64,000 nt of DNA from IMG/VR virus record IMGVR_UViG_3300032241_000649, positions 1 through 64,000 of that record; one strand, written 5' to 3'. Source of the stretch: a virus. Positions 1-10,481 of the stretch are shown here, piece by piece; position 1 is the stretch's first letter, and every line of letters starts with the position of its first letter. The notes under the pieces were generated by a model, which saw only the letters and a list, made by a program, of their open reading frames with translations, made no database searches and was not told where the DNA came from. Position numbers and translations under genes: made by a program.

Positions 1-2
1 TG

Positions 3-905
3 AATACCTTGTATTCCTTGAATACCTTGTATTCCTTGAATACCTTGTAATCCAGTAATTCCTTGCACACCTTGTGTGCCTTGAATACCTTGGGTTCCCT
101 GCATTCCATCAAAGCCTTGTAAACCATCGGTACCTTGTACTCCTTGCGTACCTTGTACACCTTGAGGTCCTTGAATAACTCCAGCATTAATCCATGCGCT
201 TCCATCCCACACCCAAAGGTCTGGATCAATAATGTAGCCATCACCATTGTTTGCAGTTGGATGATCAGCAACTAATGATGCGTAATCTGGATATGATCCA
301 ATAATTACTACGGATGTTCCAGCAACACCTTGAACAGAAATGCCCTGTGTTCCTTGAATACCGTCGGTTCCCTGTACACCTTGAATACCTTGAGTGCCGT
401 CAGTTCCTTGCAAACCATCGGTTCCTTGTGCACCCTGAATTCCATCAGTGCCTTGAACACCTTGTGTACCATCAAAACCTTGTACACCATTACTTCCTTG
501 TGTACCTGTGGTTCCTTGTGCACCAATAAGGCCGCTTGCAGATGCCTCAATCCATTGGTAACTATTCCCATCATAGATCCAGGTATACTCAATACCGTCG
601 TTAGAGTTTACCCAACGATCACCAATTAATGGATTAGTAGGTGGTGTAGGAGAAAATGTAATAGCAGCATTGGGGCCCTGTAATCCTTGAGTTCCCTGCG
701 TACCCTGACGGCCTTGTATACCTTGTGAACCAGAAGTGCCTTGAGCACCAACAGGTCCCTCAACACCAATATTAGTTATATCTGGTGAAGTTGGGCTAGG
801 AATGACTGCAGAAGTAATCTCTACAACACCAGGTGCCTGTTCAGAGAGAAAAAGAATTTCACTGCACTGATTACAGCCACAATTATATGGATGGCCGTAT
901 GTCAT
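3..905 (-). CDS. Collagen-like (Gly-X-Y) repeat protein, probable tail fibre/virion appendage; runs off the window start
   Basis: Not in the ORF track. Manual translation from ATG at 905 (TAATG overlap with upstream stop): [14 protein letters not shown]...[29 protein letters not shown], spacer domains (IGDRWVN...[12 protein letters not shown]) and long QGxQG tracts. Confidence 0.85.
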   Translation of the reverse strand, partial: MTYGHPYNCGCNQCSEILFLSEQAPGVVEITSAVIPSPTSPDITNIGVEGPVGAQGTSGSQGIQGRQGTQGTQGLQGPNAAITFSPTPPTNPLIGDRWVNSNDGIEYTWIYDGNSYQWIEASASGLIGAQGTTGTQGSNGVQGFDGTQGVQGTDGIQGAQGTDGLQGTDGTQGIQGVQGTDGIQGTQGISVQGVAGTSVVIIGSYPDYASLVADHPTANNGDGYIIDPDLWVWDGSAWINAGVIQGPQGVQGTQGVQGTDGLQGFDGMQGTQGIQGTQGVQGITGLQGIQGIQGIQGIQGI

Positions 906-1993
906 TAGAAGGGTCCTAGCGGTTCGCTAACTTGGGCATGTGTAAAGACCTTTCCATAAGTGTAGGTCTTGGTAGATCCATTAGGAGCCGTAAGTTGCAA
1001 ATCATAGTATGCAACATTTGGGAAATCCTTTGTAACTGATCCTGGCAAATTCATGGTTAACGTATCAACCACTCCACCAGGTACTGAAGCACTTGTTGTA
1101 AATGTGAAGGCGCCAATAATTACTGGGCCTACAGCACTGCCTGGTACCGATGGATATAGGCGTACCTGTGATAAGAAGCTGTAGTTTGAGATATCCATTG
1201 AGAAGCGAATGATCTCGTTAAAGTCATCCCCAGCATAAAGTGAGAGGTCTTTAGACACCACAGGTACATTAGGCTGCACATCTCCGTATGATGGGAGAGG
1301 CAAGAACACGCGTTGTGGGATAGAGCCGTCGTCCACTTCCTGTGGGCGGTAGATAGGCACATATCGGTTTGTAAGTCTGCTGATACGGCGCAGGCTAAAT
1401 ACCTCAATGCGATGCAAACCAATATTAAGAAGCTTACAAAGCTCACGGTATTGTTCACGGCGTTGTTCTACAATAGCCATAAGTTGGCGATAACGTTCAG
1501 ATCTTGGGATATTTACACCATCTGGAGAAACAATATCAATATCAAAAGCTGCATCTGTAGCTAGAGTGTAAAGAGCTAAAGTTGATGCATAGATTACGAT
1601 TGGATACTCATCAATAGGGTCTAGAGTTGACATGGTTACTGGGCTACCATTAGAATCTGTAGCTCGTAGAGAATGTTCAGTAAAAGCAGTGTTTACATAA
1701 TAGGAAATATCACTATCTGTAAAGTAACGGTAGGCTAGCCCTGTAACTGTAATAGTAGCATTGTTTGCTGGAGGGGTAGAGAGTATAAGAACTCCCACGC
1801 CTTCTTCTACTGTGGTGGTATTAGACACATCTGTTGCGCCCACGTTGACTACTAATGTAGCGCCTTGAATAGGATTTTGAGTTAGCTGAAAACGAACCGT
1901 TGTACCGTCACCGGTAAAGGTCTGAGAGAATGACCTTCCGATATCTCCGATCTCGGAGCGTAATCTATCAGAAAGGGCGTTAAGTGTGGCCAC
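905..1993 (-). CDS. Virion structural protein (head-tail connector/neck-like, beta-rich domains)
   Basis: 362 aa two genes after the MCP; GGAGG RBS; FTGDGTT beta-rich repeat; C-terminal YYDLQL...YTYGKV pattern. Confidence 0.55.
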   Translation of the reverse strand: MATLNALSDRLRSEIGDIGRSFSQTFTGDGTTVRFQLTQNPIQGATLVVNVGATDVSNTTTVEEGVGVLILSTPPANNATITVTGLAYRYFTDSDISYYVNTAFTEHSLRATDSNGSPVTMSTLDPIDEYPIVIYASTLALYTLATDAAFDIDIVSPDGVNIPRSERYRQLMAIVEQRREQYRELCKLLNIGLHRIEVFSLRRISRLTNRYVPIYRPQEVDDGSIPQRVFLPLPSYGDVQPNVPVVSKDLSLYAGDDFNEIIRFSMDISNYSFLSQVRLYPSVPGSAVGPVIIGAFTFTTSASVPGGVVDTLTMNLPGSVTKDFPNVAYYDLQLTAPNGSTKTYTYGKVFTHAQVSEPLGPF

Positions 1994-2055
1994 ATATCCT
2001 CCAGCTAATTAGGTAGTGCTATTGTGCACTATTATGAATAATAAATCTGCTTAAA

Positions 2056-2098
2056 TAAAAAGGCCCGCTCTAGCAGGAGGGCGGTTGCTAGAGCGGGG
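2056..2098 (-). terminator. Intrinsic terminator with C-rich loop
   Basis: 12 bp stem CCCGCTCTAGCA/TGCTAGAGCGGG followed by a T-tract on the minus strand. Confidence 0.75.
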
Positions 2099-2135
2099 AC
2101 TTATAGAGGTTACTAGTATCTAAGATACAGTCCTC

Positions 2136-2501
2136 TTACAGACGATCGTACAAGTACCCTTTTTCACGTAAATGATCTGCAACATGCTTTGATACCTTGT
2201 ACTTCTTACCAGTCTCAAAAGAATAGTTGTTGCCTGCTCCAATAGTCATTTGATCAATGTTCTCTGCTACACGAACCACAACGTGGTCATCTGCTAGAGA
2301 TACACCAACGCTCTCAATCTCGTCAATTACGGTTGGGGCGCTAGGAATTGTTAGATCTGTGACTTCTGTCTCATCTTTATACTGCTGAGAAGCAGTTGCC
2401 ATTGACATCTCATTAGCACGAGCGGCTAGAGCTTCTGCGTTGGCCTTGATTTGTTCTTCACGTTGACGTCCTGTGACATCTGTTACTTTTGCTTTTGACA
2501 C
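2136..2501 (-). CDS. Hypothetical head-associated protein
   Basis: 121 aa directly after the MCP; AGGAG RBS. Confidence 0.65.
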   Translation of the reverse strand: MSKAKVTDVTGRQREEQIKANAEALAARANEMSMATASQQYKDETEVTDLTIPSAPTVIDEIESVGVSLADDHVVVRVAENIDQMTIGAGNNYSFETGKKYKVSKHVADHLREKGYLYDRL

Positions 2502-2531
2502 GATTATTATTCTCCTGTTAGGTTGTTGGGT

Positions 2532-2553
2532 GGGGGAGGGTTTCCCCTCCCCC
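2532..2553 (-). promoter_or_regulatory. GC hairpin with GAAA tetraloop after the MCP stop (mRNA stabiliser/partial terminator)
   Basis: GGGGGAGGG-GAAA-CCCTCCCCC on the minus strand, no U-tract. Confidence 0.6.
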
Positions 2554-2560
2554 GGTTAAA

Positions 2561-3637
2561 TTAGTTGGTTTCTGCGATAACTACAGACTGGTCAGTGATA
2601 AGACCAAGACCGTAAATAGCATACCAAGCAAGTGCGTGCTCACGACCGAAGTCAAGAATACCGCCATCGCGGAGTTCAACTGGAAGTGAGATAGCGTGAC
2701 CGAATGCGTTATCACCAATGATGATAGCTGAGTAGCGGTCCTTGTTTCCGTTACCTGTCTTTGTAACAGGGGTTGTGTATCCTCCACCAGTTGGGTAAAC
2801 GATATCTCCAGGAGCAACTGTTGAATCAGCTGAGTATCCTGAACCTGCACCATTTGTTACCTTCTGGATTTGAGTTGTTTCGATGAATACTGTGTCATAG
2901 AGACGACCGATTTCACCGAGCATGAAGTTACCAGGTGCTGCGTACTTGGTTACTTCGATGAACTCAGGATTGTCGCGGAGGCGACGTGATTGGTGTGGAT
3001 GCACGAATGCAACGTAGGTCTCGCCCAACCTTGGGATGTTCTTGGTTGAGAGTGTCTCAACTGCATCCTTGATTGTGTGAGGTGTTAGGTATGAAGCACC
3101 TGTCAAACCTGCACGGTTTGTAGCAGTTGTTCCATAGTCGTACCAGTTGTTTACACCCTGTAGGGCTGTACGATCTTCACCGTAGATGACTGAAGATGCA
3201 GCCATAAGTGTGTCACGAGCCTGGCCATCAAGGTATAGGGCCATGTTACGTCCAAGAAGACGTGAAGCTGATGCCATAACGTCATCGAATGATGCGTTAA
3301 GTAGGAGCTCTGATACTGCAATTGCAAAGCCATGCTCTGCAACTGTGATTGAGAACTGTTGAGCTGTCAATGCGCTTGTTGACATACGGACGCCTTCAAC
3401 GAGTGAAGATGCAAATCCGAGGTTGTTGTAACGCATGAAGTTGATCTGGAGTCCAGGAGCTACGCCAAGTTCTGTCTTCTTAACTGCGAATTGTTCGAAG
3501 CGAAGGATAGGCATTGATTGGAATAGGATTTCCTTAGACCAGATGGTCTGAATTGCTTGTGTAAGCTGGCTGTTAGCGCCAGAGTACGCTGTAGGTGCTG
3601 CGGCTAAATTGCCGGTACCTGTTACGGCTGATGCCAT
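2561..3637 (-). CDS. Major capsid protein, N4-gp56-like family
   Basis: 358 aa; position after scaffold and portal; motifs YVAFVHPHQSRRL, GEIGRLYDTVFIET, DFGREHALAWY. Confidence 0.9.
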   Translation of the reverse strand: MASAVTGTGNLAAAPTAYSGANSQLTQAIQTIWSKEILFQSMPILRFEQFAVKKTELGVAPGLQINFMRYNNLGFASSLVEGVRMSTSALTAQQFSITVAEHGFAIAVSELLLNASFDDVMASASRLLGRNMALYLDGQARDTLMAASSVIYGEDRTALQGVNNWYDYGTTATNRAGLTGASYLTPHTIKDAVETLSTKNIPRLGETYVAFVHPHQSRRLRDNPEFIEVTKYAAPGNFMLGEIGRLYDTVFIETTQIQKVTNGAGSGYSADSTVAPGDIVYPTGGGYTTPVTKTGNGNKDRYSAIIIGDNAFGHAISLPVELRDGGILDFGREHALAWYAIYGLGLITDQSVVIAETN

Positions 3638-3683
3638 GTCGGTGTTACTCCTTAAGTAGTGTTGTTAAATTCTATTGGGCGTT

Positions 3684-4445
3684 TTACCCAAAGATTCCTT
3701 TGTCTTTAGAGGAAGAGTTCCCCATAAGCTTTCCGCGGTGCTTTGCGTATTCAGTAACCGACATAGCGGCAATTTGTTCCGCTGTAAACGAGTTAGAGTC
3801 CGAATTGTTTTCCATAGTTGGAGGCAATGTTGTGCGTGTGCCTGTCATATCACGACGCTGAGCTTGAATAGCCTGTTGCGCCGATTCCAGAATCTTAGCA
3901 GATCGCTCTCTAAGACCGGTAATACTTTGTTCTATCTCATCGTGAGTATTTCCTGAGATTAGATCTACAAGCTCAGGGATAATATTATCACGTTCTTCTT
4001 CTAAACGGCGGTTGCGATAAGATGTCAACTCTGCATACTGGCGCTCACGCTCTAGTAGTGCATCTTTACGAGCAGCTTCCTGACGGATTGACTCGATCTC
4101 ATCTTTCCACGCCTTCTCTTTTTGTTCAAGAAGTGTGCGAACGTCCATTTCAGACTCTGCTTTGCGTTGAGCTTCGGCCTCTGCCTCTGCCTTAATACGC
4201 TCAGCTTCTGCTGTACGCTCTTCGTCACGCTTCTTCAAGAGGTTAAGTTCCTCTTTAAGAGAATCAATCTGAGGGTAGAGCTTAGATTTTTCTTGCTCAC
4301 GCACTCGACGAAGATCATCTTCTGTATAACCCTTAGCCTCTACAAAGTTTGTGTTGGGAGGGGTTGTTGGGGTAGTTCCTTGTGCTTCTGATGCAAAGGC
4401 TTCTTGAGCCACTGCACTATCTACAACGGGTGAATCTGTTGCCAT
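3684..4445 (-). CDS. Capsid scaffolding protein
   Basis: Charged coiled-coil 253 aa between portal and MCP; C-terminal IAAMSVTEYAKHR helix. Confidence 0.8.
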   Translation of the reverse strand: MATDSPVVDSAVAQEAFASEAQGTTPTTPPNTNFVEAKGYTEDDLRRVREQEKSKLYPQIDSLKEELNLLKKRDEERTAEAERIKAEAEAEAQRKAESEMDVRTLLEQKEKAWKDEIESIRQEAARKDALLERERQYAELTSYRNRRLEEERDNIIPELVDLISGNTHDEIEQSITGLRERSAKILESAQQAIQAQRRDMTGTRTTLPPTMENNSDSNSFTAEQIAAMSVTEYAKHRGKLMGNSSSKDKGIFG

Positions 4446-4553
4446 GATTATTCCTTTAGGTTAATAGGTCGTTGTCCGAATAAGTGCCACGATGACCTGC
4501 GGGTTTGTTTGGTATATAGTCTGTCAAATACCGGTGGTATTTACAGGCTAAAG

Positions 4554-6272
4554 TTACTTATTTTCCTCTGAGTTAGGGGAGTCGGTTTGAGAGCCGCCAA
4601 CCTCACGCTGAGGAAGTTTTGTACCGTATGCTTTGGTGACAAGGTCACTTTGCATCTGGGCCAAAGTCTGTTCTTCAAATGGAGTGATAACTCCAGGTTG
4701 TCCTGTAGGGCCAGGGCCTGTTCCATCTCCAGGAGCTGCTCCAGGAGGTAGAGTTCCATCAGGCATCATACCAGTTAATGAGGTAATTGCTGAATTGATC
4801 TGTTGCTTGATGAGGTTAAGAGCGCCGTCTGACTTAGCATCAGCGATAAGCTCTGCCCGAATTTCTTCTAGCTTCTCATCTGGGAATTCCTCACCAAGCT
4901 GGCGTAGGGCGCCTTCACGGCTCTCTAGCTGCATGTTCATCTTCTGCTGGATTTCATTGAGGACAATGAGCTTATCTAGAGGAAGTGGAGGTGGGAAATG
5001 AATAATAGATTCATAGGTCAGTGGATCAAGCAAGTTTAGCTGTGGAAGCTGTTGTGCCTTAATAGGGCCATTAACATCTGGGTTATAGGTAAAGATCTCT
5101 GGTTCTTTAAAGGCTAGTGTAAGAAGTACTAGCTCGTTAATTCTACGTAGTCCCTCTCCATACTGAACAATCTTCTGTTGGTAGCGATTCATCAGAGGCT
5201 GATACTGGATGGAGAGGGCTACACCTGATGTATTAGAAATAGGCTGTACCTGTCCAAGAGCTGTCTCTGGAACGCCCACCATTTCGTGCATAGCAGTCTT
5301 AATGATCTTAAGGTAATCCATAGCACCTACTAGACCTTGTCCGCCACCTTCTAGGTTAAATACTTGTGCATCTTTAGGAAGACCGCCCCATACTTTCTTA
5401 GGGCCCTTCTCAAGGCCTGCAGCCTTAGCACCGGTGATAACTGTAACTGGCGCAGCGTGGTAGTTAATAATGTCAGCTACATCTGTTGCTACTTCGTTAT
5501 AGTTACGATTTAGTACGATAATGTCGTGGCAATCAGATAGTCCCCAAGGAGAGCCTGAGATACGTACATTTGGAATATGAATAACTGGAACTACACCGAT
5601 TGGATTAGGGCGGCTATCAATAAGCTCATCATTAATGTACTCTTCAATGCGGTCATCAGTCAAGATTTCTGTATAGGTGTAAACCTGACGAGTACCTTCT
5701 ACAGATGTGCCCCAAAAACGATACTTAAGCTTAAAGCGAATCAAACGAGAGCGGTCATGTGGGTGGAACTCTGGAAAACAAAAAGATGAGTTGAGTGGGA
5801 GAATGCGTACGCGTCCTGGATGCGGACGGCCCGTAGAATCTTCATATCCCTCTTCGTAAGCTACTTTAACGAAGCAGTCGCCTGACACTCCGCCCTGCTG
5901 TCCCATTTCCCATAGGATGCCATGCTTATCGTTATCTACTTCCCATACACGCTTTAGTAGATCTGGAACAATAGCTTCTGTTGCAATAGGTGAGCGAAAC
6001 ATTGCTCCGCGTCCAAATGTAAAGTTAATAATATAATCTGTAAATGCTCGGTAGTAGTTGTATACCATTTGGGACTCACCGAATTCACGGCGGTACGACC
6101 AGTGGTGACCAAGATACATAGCCCAGTTAAGGCTATAACGGTTTAGTCGAGGACCGTGTACTTCAAATTCTTCATCCGCAAGTTCTACTAAACCAAGCGG
6201 GGAGATGGAGATAGTTAAGTCACTCGACGCCGCTCTATACGACGGAGGACTAAAATCAATACCACCACTCAT
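4554..6272 (-). CDS. Portal protein (SPP1 gp6-like)
   Basis: 572 aa near TerL; PVIHIPN...WGLSD and SNTSGVAL motifs. Confidence 0.88.
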   Translation of the reverse strand: MSGGIDFSPPSYRAASSDLTISISPLGLVELADEEFEVHGPRLNRYSLNWAMYLGHHWSYRREFGESQMVYNYYRAFTDYIINFTFGRGAMFRSPIATEAIVPDLLKRVWEVDNDKHGILWEMGQQGGVSGDCFVKVAYEEGYEDSTGRPHPGRVRILPLNSSFCFPEFHPHDRSRLIRFKLKYRFWGTSVEGTRQVYTYTEILTDDRIEEYINDELIDSRPNPIGVVPVIHIPNVRISGSPWGLSDCHDIIVLNRNYNEVATDVADIINYHAAPVTVITGAKAAGLEKGPKKVWGGLPKDAQVFNLEGGGQGLVGAMDYLKIIKTAMHEMVGVPETALGQVQPISNTSGVALSIQYQPLMNRYQQKIVQYGEGLRRINELVLLTLAFKEPEIFTYNPDVNGPIKAQQLPQLNLLDPLTYESIIHFPPPLPLDKLIVLNEIQQKMNMQLESREGALRQLGEEFPDEKLEEIRAELIADAKSDGALNLIKQQINSAITSLTGMMPDGTLPPGAAPGDGTGPGPTGQPGVITPFEEQTLAQMQSDLVTKAYGTKLPQREVGGSQTDSPNSEENK

Positions 6273-6297
6273 TTATTAAGTCCGTTCATGTTTACCC

Positions 6298-6570
6298 TCA
6301 CACTACTAGATTGGCTTTTTTCATAGCACGCTTTTTAGCTTGCTTCTTGTTCTTCTCTTTGGTCTTCTCTTCTGCCTCAAAGTCACGGTTCTTAGGGTCA
6401 ACTTCATTAATGGAGTTAACGTAATTGCCGCCTTCTCTGATATACTCTTCTTTAATCCACTTAGCAGCTGCAAAGCTTAGTTTACCATCTGCTGCTTGAT
6501 GTGGGTACTTGGCTATTGCTTGTGCCTTAAGTCTATTCCATAATTTTGGATTACCAGGTTGCGCTGCCAT
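6298..6570 (-). CDS. Small basic phage protein (DUF5872-like)
   Basis: Likely start at MAAQPG; PKLWNRLKAQA...SFAAAKWIKEEYIREGGNY pattern; Lys-rich tail. Confidence 0.55.
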   Translation of the reverse strand: MAAQPGNPKLWNRLKAQAIAKYPHQAADGKLSFAAAKWIKEEYIREGGNYVNSINEVDPKNRDFEAEEKTKEKNKKQAKKRAMKKANLVV

Positions 6571-6583
6571 ATTTCCCCCTAAA

Positions 6584-6614
6584 GATAGCCCGGCCCTCAT
6601 GGGGCCGGACTGTC
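6584..6614 (-). terminator. Hairpin/terminator
   Basis: GACAGTCCGGCCCC-ATG-AGGGCCGGGCTATC-TTT on the minus strand. Confidence 0.55.
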
Positions 6615-6629
6615 TTAGTATATCGTATT

Positions 6630-7037
6630 TTAGTCTGCGACCGATGCAGGGTTAACACGCTCGTAGCGTGAACCGTTGCGTACTACTTCTTCGATAACAA
6701 TCTGAGAGTGATCTCCGAAGTTTCCTTGTGAGAATTCACCAAGGTATGTTGGTGCTTCTACCCAAGCTGCAGAACCAACGTGAGCACGCTCACGCATTGT
6801 CTCGTCGGGATACTTCTCAAATACGTTGGAGTTGTGGTTAGGACGACCAGCTGGGGTGTCATAGCCTTGGTCCAATCCAAGTTGGAAGTCATTTGGAACG
6901 TCTGTGTCTGTTGCAATACCTTCTTCAAAACGAAGTGGGCCACGAAGGCCTGGTGTTGCAGGAGACATCTTGCGCTCATAGGTGTTGCCAGGGCGCTCTG
7001 CGAATGCAGGTGTTGGCGCGATGTTTTCTGTTGCCAT
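6630..7037 (-). CDS. Hypothetical virion-associated protein
   Basis: 135 aa, AGGAG RBS, between TerL and portal. Confidence 0.7.
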   Translation of the reverse strand: MATENIAPTPAFAERPGNTYERKMSPATPGLRGPLRFEEGIATDTDVPNDFQLGLDQGYDTPAGRPNHNSNVFEKYPDETMRERAHVGSAAWVEAPTYLGEFSQGNFGDHSQIVIEEVVRNGSRYERVNPASVAD

Positions 7038-7115
7038 TTTTATTTCTCCTATAGGTTTGGGATTGAGGTCCTCAGGCTTAATTCTGCCTTCTTTTTACCT
7101 GTATGTACTGCTAAA

Positions 7116-8693
7116 TTAAAAGAAGGGTGAATTAGATACTTCTACTGAAGGCATAACCATATCTACTGTCATAGAGCAGGCAAGTGCCAAAGAGTCCACA
7201 AAGTCGTCGTGGGCGTGTGCTTCATCCGGTGCAGCCACCAGAAAGTTAGGTCCTTTGTAGGTAATTTCCGCATCTGTCATTTGCTGGTAGAACTTCTTCC
7301 AGATACGAAGACGACGGGTTTTAGCGTGGGCAGGCCACGATACCATCTGGCGTTGGATAAGCGCTTGTAGGTGCTTCCAGCGTTTAGATTGCTCTGTAGG
7401 GCTAGATGTAACAGGGATTACCTCAGCACGTGGCATAAGGATCTTAAGACGTCCAGCTACTGCATCACCAACACCATTGGCGTCAATACCAATAGCTAGG
7501 ACATCGTAGTTAGATAAGAACTGTTGTATCTGGAAGTACTGCTCTTCCCAGTCATCCCCCTGCATTTCAAGCCAGTTAAGAACTCTATGATCATAGTAAC
7601 CGTATTCATCAGGGCGATCCCAATCTACCCACACTACTGTCACAACAGTTGAGTCCATCTTACGTGCTGGGTCAATGCCTACAACTACAGGTGAACGATG
7701 GTAAGACTTAACAATCTCTTGTGAGGTATCCCCGAGATCATCCATAGTAGATGAGGTAATGAACATACCACGATCAAGTAGCCACTTACAGTTATAGGAA
7801 AGCTGGAACTCATCTGAGTCCTCACCAATACGTAGCATTTCCTTCTTAATAAACTTACCGTAGTTAGCGTTGAACTTAACCACATCTTTCCAGTCCCACT
7901 GGAAGTGGTTCTGCTTAGCGTTACGGCCTTGAGTCTGTCTACGCTTATTGAGAGTGATAGCCCGATAAAAGTTATTCTTGTGGGTTGTAGGTGTTCCGGT
8001 CTTAACCATAGTGGCGTTATAGTACGCACCCATAGGAGCAATAGACTTAGATACTACAAAGTCATCAGCTTCTTGACACTCGTCAATGATAATAAGGTGG
8101 AAGGACTTAGATTCAATCTTAGCTCTTGGGTTAGCTGTCATCATCATAAGAGTACTGCCTGAGTTCTTAAGCTTGATGTTTCGTACAACCCCAGGGTTTT
8201 TACCCACCATGTCATCAATCTCGGGGTCACCAAGAACATCAATTGCATGTTCGCTAGTTAGGCGTGATACTGTACGAGAATAAAGGGTTTCTACCTGTGA
8301 CTGAATAGGAGCAAACATTCCTACCCAAATACCATCACCAAACTTACCCAATAGGTCTGGGTACATCTTAGCTAGTTTTGGAAGGATAACCATCAGTGTA
8401 GCTACTGTATTAGCAATAGTCTCTGATTTACCTGACTGACGTGAAGCAAGAGCTGTTACTTCTTCACCATCATTAATGATTACTGATTCTATTACACGGC
8501 GTGCCAAAGGAGCTTGGTAGGGGTGGAGTTCATGGCCTACTAGAAGCACCATAAATTGCATAACCTTGTCTACAAGAAGTTTTACAAACTCCTTAGAGAG
8601 CTCATCTAGCTGATCTTCTTCTTCCTCCAGTAGAGGCTCTGAATCACCTTCTAGCTCTTCTAGCTCAACCTCATCGAAATTGTCTTCGTTCAT
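7116..8693 (-). CDS. terL: Terminase large subunit
   Basis: Walker A ASRQSGKS, Walker B LIIIDE, GTP coupling motif, nuclease motifs VGIDPA and HDDFVDS. Confidence 0.93.
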   Translation of the reverse strand: MNEDNFDEVELEELEGDSEPLLEEEEDQLDELSKEFVKLLVDKVMQFMVLLVGHELHPYQAPLARRVIESVIINDGEEVTALASRQSGKSETIANTVATLMVILPKLAKMYPDLLGKFGDGIWVGMFAPIQSQVETLYSRTVSRLTSEHAIDVLGDPEIDDMVGKNPGVVRNIKLKNSGSTLMMMTANPRAKIESKSFHLIIIDECQEADDFVVSKSIAPMGAYYNATMVKTGTPTTHKNNFYRAITLNKRRQTQGRNAKQNHFQWDWKDVVKFNANYGKFIKKEMLRIGEDSDEFQLSYNCKWLLDRGMFITSSTMDDLGDTSQEIVKSYHRSPVVVGIDPARKMDSTVVTVVWVDWDRPDEYGYYDHRVLNWLEMQGDDWEEQYFQIQQFLSNYDVLAIGIDANGVGDAVAGRLKILMPRAEVIPVTSSPTEQSKRWKHLQALIQRQMVSWPAHAKTRRLRIWKKFYQQMTDAEITYKGPNFLVAAPDEAHAHDDFVDSLALACSMTVDMVMPSVEVSNSPFF

Positions 8694-8920
8694 TTTACTA
8701 CTCTAGTGTATAAACTTTCTACAATGGCGTGGATAGCCTCGGCATTTACTCTTGCTTCCTCTAAATAGGCTATAGACTCTGTCTTCTGCCAGCTAGATAG
8801 GTTTTTACCAATAGAGTAAAGAACTGAATCACTCCATGGGACTAATTCAGATGCAGGAAGCATTGCTGCTCTCTTCTGCATTTTGGATACCTTGCGGTCA
8901 TGCTTCTTCTTAAAAATCAT
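8690..8920 (-). CDS. Hypothetical protein
   Basis: 76 aa coupled to terL. Confidence 0.6.
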   Translation of the reverse strand: MIFKKKHDRKVSKMQKRAAMLPASELVPWSDSVLYSIGKNLSSWQKTESIAYLEEARVNAEAIHAIVESLYTRVVK

Positions 8921-9200
8921 AATCTGCCCCGTATCTTATCTTGTCCCAGTCAACTTCTTCTTGGGACATGGATCTTCCATTAATAGCATTAGTAAGAGCC
9001 TGACGTTCATCATAGCTCTTAATCCATTTACCAATAACTAATGATACTCTAGTAAAAGGAACTCTTAGTGATACCCCAGCTCCAAAGCGAAACTCACCGT
9101 CAATTTCTTGTGTTTCAGCTCGCTCCCATAGAACAGGAGGCTTAACTGGGTATATAAGTGGATGCCAGTAATACTTACCTATACTCCGCGGTTGCGCCAT
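8910..9200 (-). CDS. Hypothetical protein (start revised to MAQPRSIG)
   Basis: Internal ATG at 9200 avoids a long overlap with 9175..9456. Confidence 0.55.
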   Translation of the reverse strand: MAQPRSIGKYYWHPLIYPVKPPVLWERAETQEIDGEFRFGAGVSLRVPFTRVSLVIGKWIKSYDERQALTNAINGRSMSQEEVDWDKIRYGADYDF

Positions 9201-9456
9201 CTTCTGCCTCACATATATGATCTGGGATTTCGTGCTCAAGCACCAATTCATCGCAATCCTTACACTTAAATACCTTTGGTGGTCTAAAGTTATTTTGAGC
9301 TGTGCCACCAACAGGTACTTCTTCAATTTCAGAAGGATATTCAGTTAGAACTTGCGGTTGTGCATAGAGCTCTGGCGGGAATGGTCCCTTAGCAGGTCCT
9401 GCAGATTTTGGTACCGGATGTCCTTGTTTAGTTTCTATCCTCTGGATAATTCTCAT
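9175..9456 (-). CDS. Zn-finger protein
   Basis: CKDC...H..HIC. Confidence 0.6.
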   Translation of the reverse strand: MRIIQRIETKQGHPVPKSAGPAKGPFPPELYAQPQVLTEYPSEIEEVPVGGTAQNNFRPPKVFKCKDCDELVLEHEIPDHICEAEDGATAEYR

Positions 9457-9719
9457 TACTCAGCTGCTGGTTCTGACTCCACAGGAGTTTCGACCACAGG
9501 CTCAGCTTCTACTACAGGAGCAGGCTCTTCTACCTTCTTCTTAGAAGCTTTAGGAGTAACAACTTTTTCAACTTCAGATACAAGTGCCTTTACGTATGCT
9601 GGAAGATTCAATGGGTTCAAAATCTTAGGTAGGTGTTCCTTACAGAACTTCTGGTGTTGTGCTCCAGGATTTTCGATAGAGTATGTAGCGTCATCCGCAC
9701 AATTCTCGCATTTAGCCAT
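9456..9719 (-). CDS. Zn-finger protein with acidic/Pro-rich tail
   Basis: CENC...FCKEH; GAAAGGA RBS. Confidence 0.6.
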   Translation of the reverse strand: MAKCENCADDATYSIENPGAQHQKFCKEHLPKILNPLNLPAYVKALVSEVEKVVTPKASKKKVEEPAPVVEAEPVVETPVESEPAAE

Positions 9720-9789
9720 ATTGGGGTCCTTTCGGGGGGTGATTTATTTCACATACTGAACTATACACCATAGTATACCTGTTTCCGAG

Positions 9790-9819
9790 TTGCTAGGGGG
9801 GTGTATCTACTGCTATAGT
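9790..9819 (+). promoter_or_regulatory. Sigma-A-type promoter with extended -10
   Basis: TTGCTA-N18-TATAGT with TGn before the -10. Confidence 0.6.
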
Positions 9820-9959
9820 AGTACATGGAAGGGAGACCTTCCAACACTAACTACGTAACAAAAGAGTTGCAACTAGCCCAGCAGACAGACGCAGGGCTAT
9901 TTTTATCCAAGTGACAGTTGGGTAAAGATCCGGGTTGGCTCTCTAGCCTAGGAGATAGT

Positions 9960-10481
9960 GTGTCTATAAATGTTAAGAATCATAAACTAAGGCTTTTCGT
10001 AATAGCCTTTCTAATAATTACAAATTTACTTACCTTCTCAGCCCAAGCCGCTATGGCCCCTATACGGGTCTGCTTAACTCCGCTTGGCAATTATATGAAC
10101 GCTAAGAAGCTAACCCCACATCAGCTCTATGAAGTGCTTCAGTATGTAGGGTTTAAAGGTCATGACCTAAAGGTGGCATGGGCTGTGGCTATGAAGGAAA
10201 CTCACGGCAATCCTCTTGCCCACAACTTTAGCAACAAAACCGGGGATGATTCCTATGGCATGTTCCAGATTAACCTTTACGGGGCTTTAAAGGGCCGTCT
10301 AAGCGACTTTCATCTAAAGTCTGCTAAGGAGTTAATCAACCCGGTTACAAACGCTCAGATAGCCTACAAAATGAGTTCTGGGGGTAAGAACTGGTCCCCT
10401 TGGCATGCTGACCCAGGTGAGCGAGATCACAGGCTTGTTTTAATGTGGATTAATCTATGCCCTTATATGGTTAAGGTTTAG
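9960..10481 (+). CDS. Secreted lytic transglycosylase/lysozyme-like protein
   Basis: GTG start after AGGAG; signal peptide ending AQA; AVAMKET (catalytic Glu), SYGMFQIN, NAQIAY, NWSPW. Confidence 0.82.
   Translation: MSINVKNHKLRLFVIAFLIITNLLTFSAQAAMAPIRVCLTPLGNYMNAKKLTPHQLYEVLQYVGFKGHDLKVAWAVAMKETHGNPLAHNFSNKTGDDSYGMFQINLYGALKGRLSDFHLKSAKELINPVTNAQIAYKMSSGGKNWSPWHADPGERDHRLVLMWINLCPYMVKV

Noticed and set aside
1-760. 9-nt periodic repeats (ccttgaata/ccttgtatt) as a CRISPR or satellite array
   Set aside because: They are codons of Gln-Gly-X collagen repeats in a minus-strand ORF, with no spacers. Track ORFs 308..592, 314..529 and 330..629 are shadows of it.
9820-9960. c-di-AMP (ydaO) riboswitch before the cell-wall enzyme
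   Set aside because: The context fits, but I could not find the conserved GGGGA..GGGTGAA..CCCG..CCGTCAGCTAAC elements.
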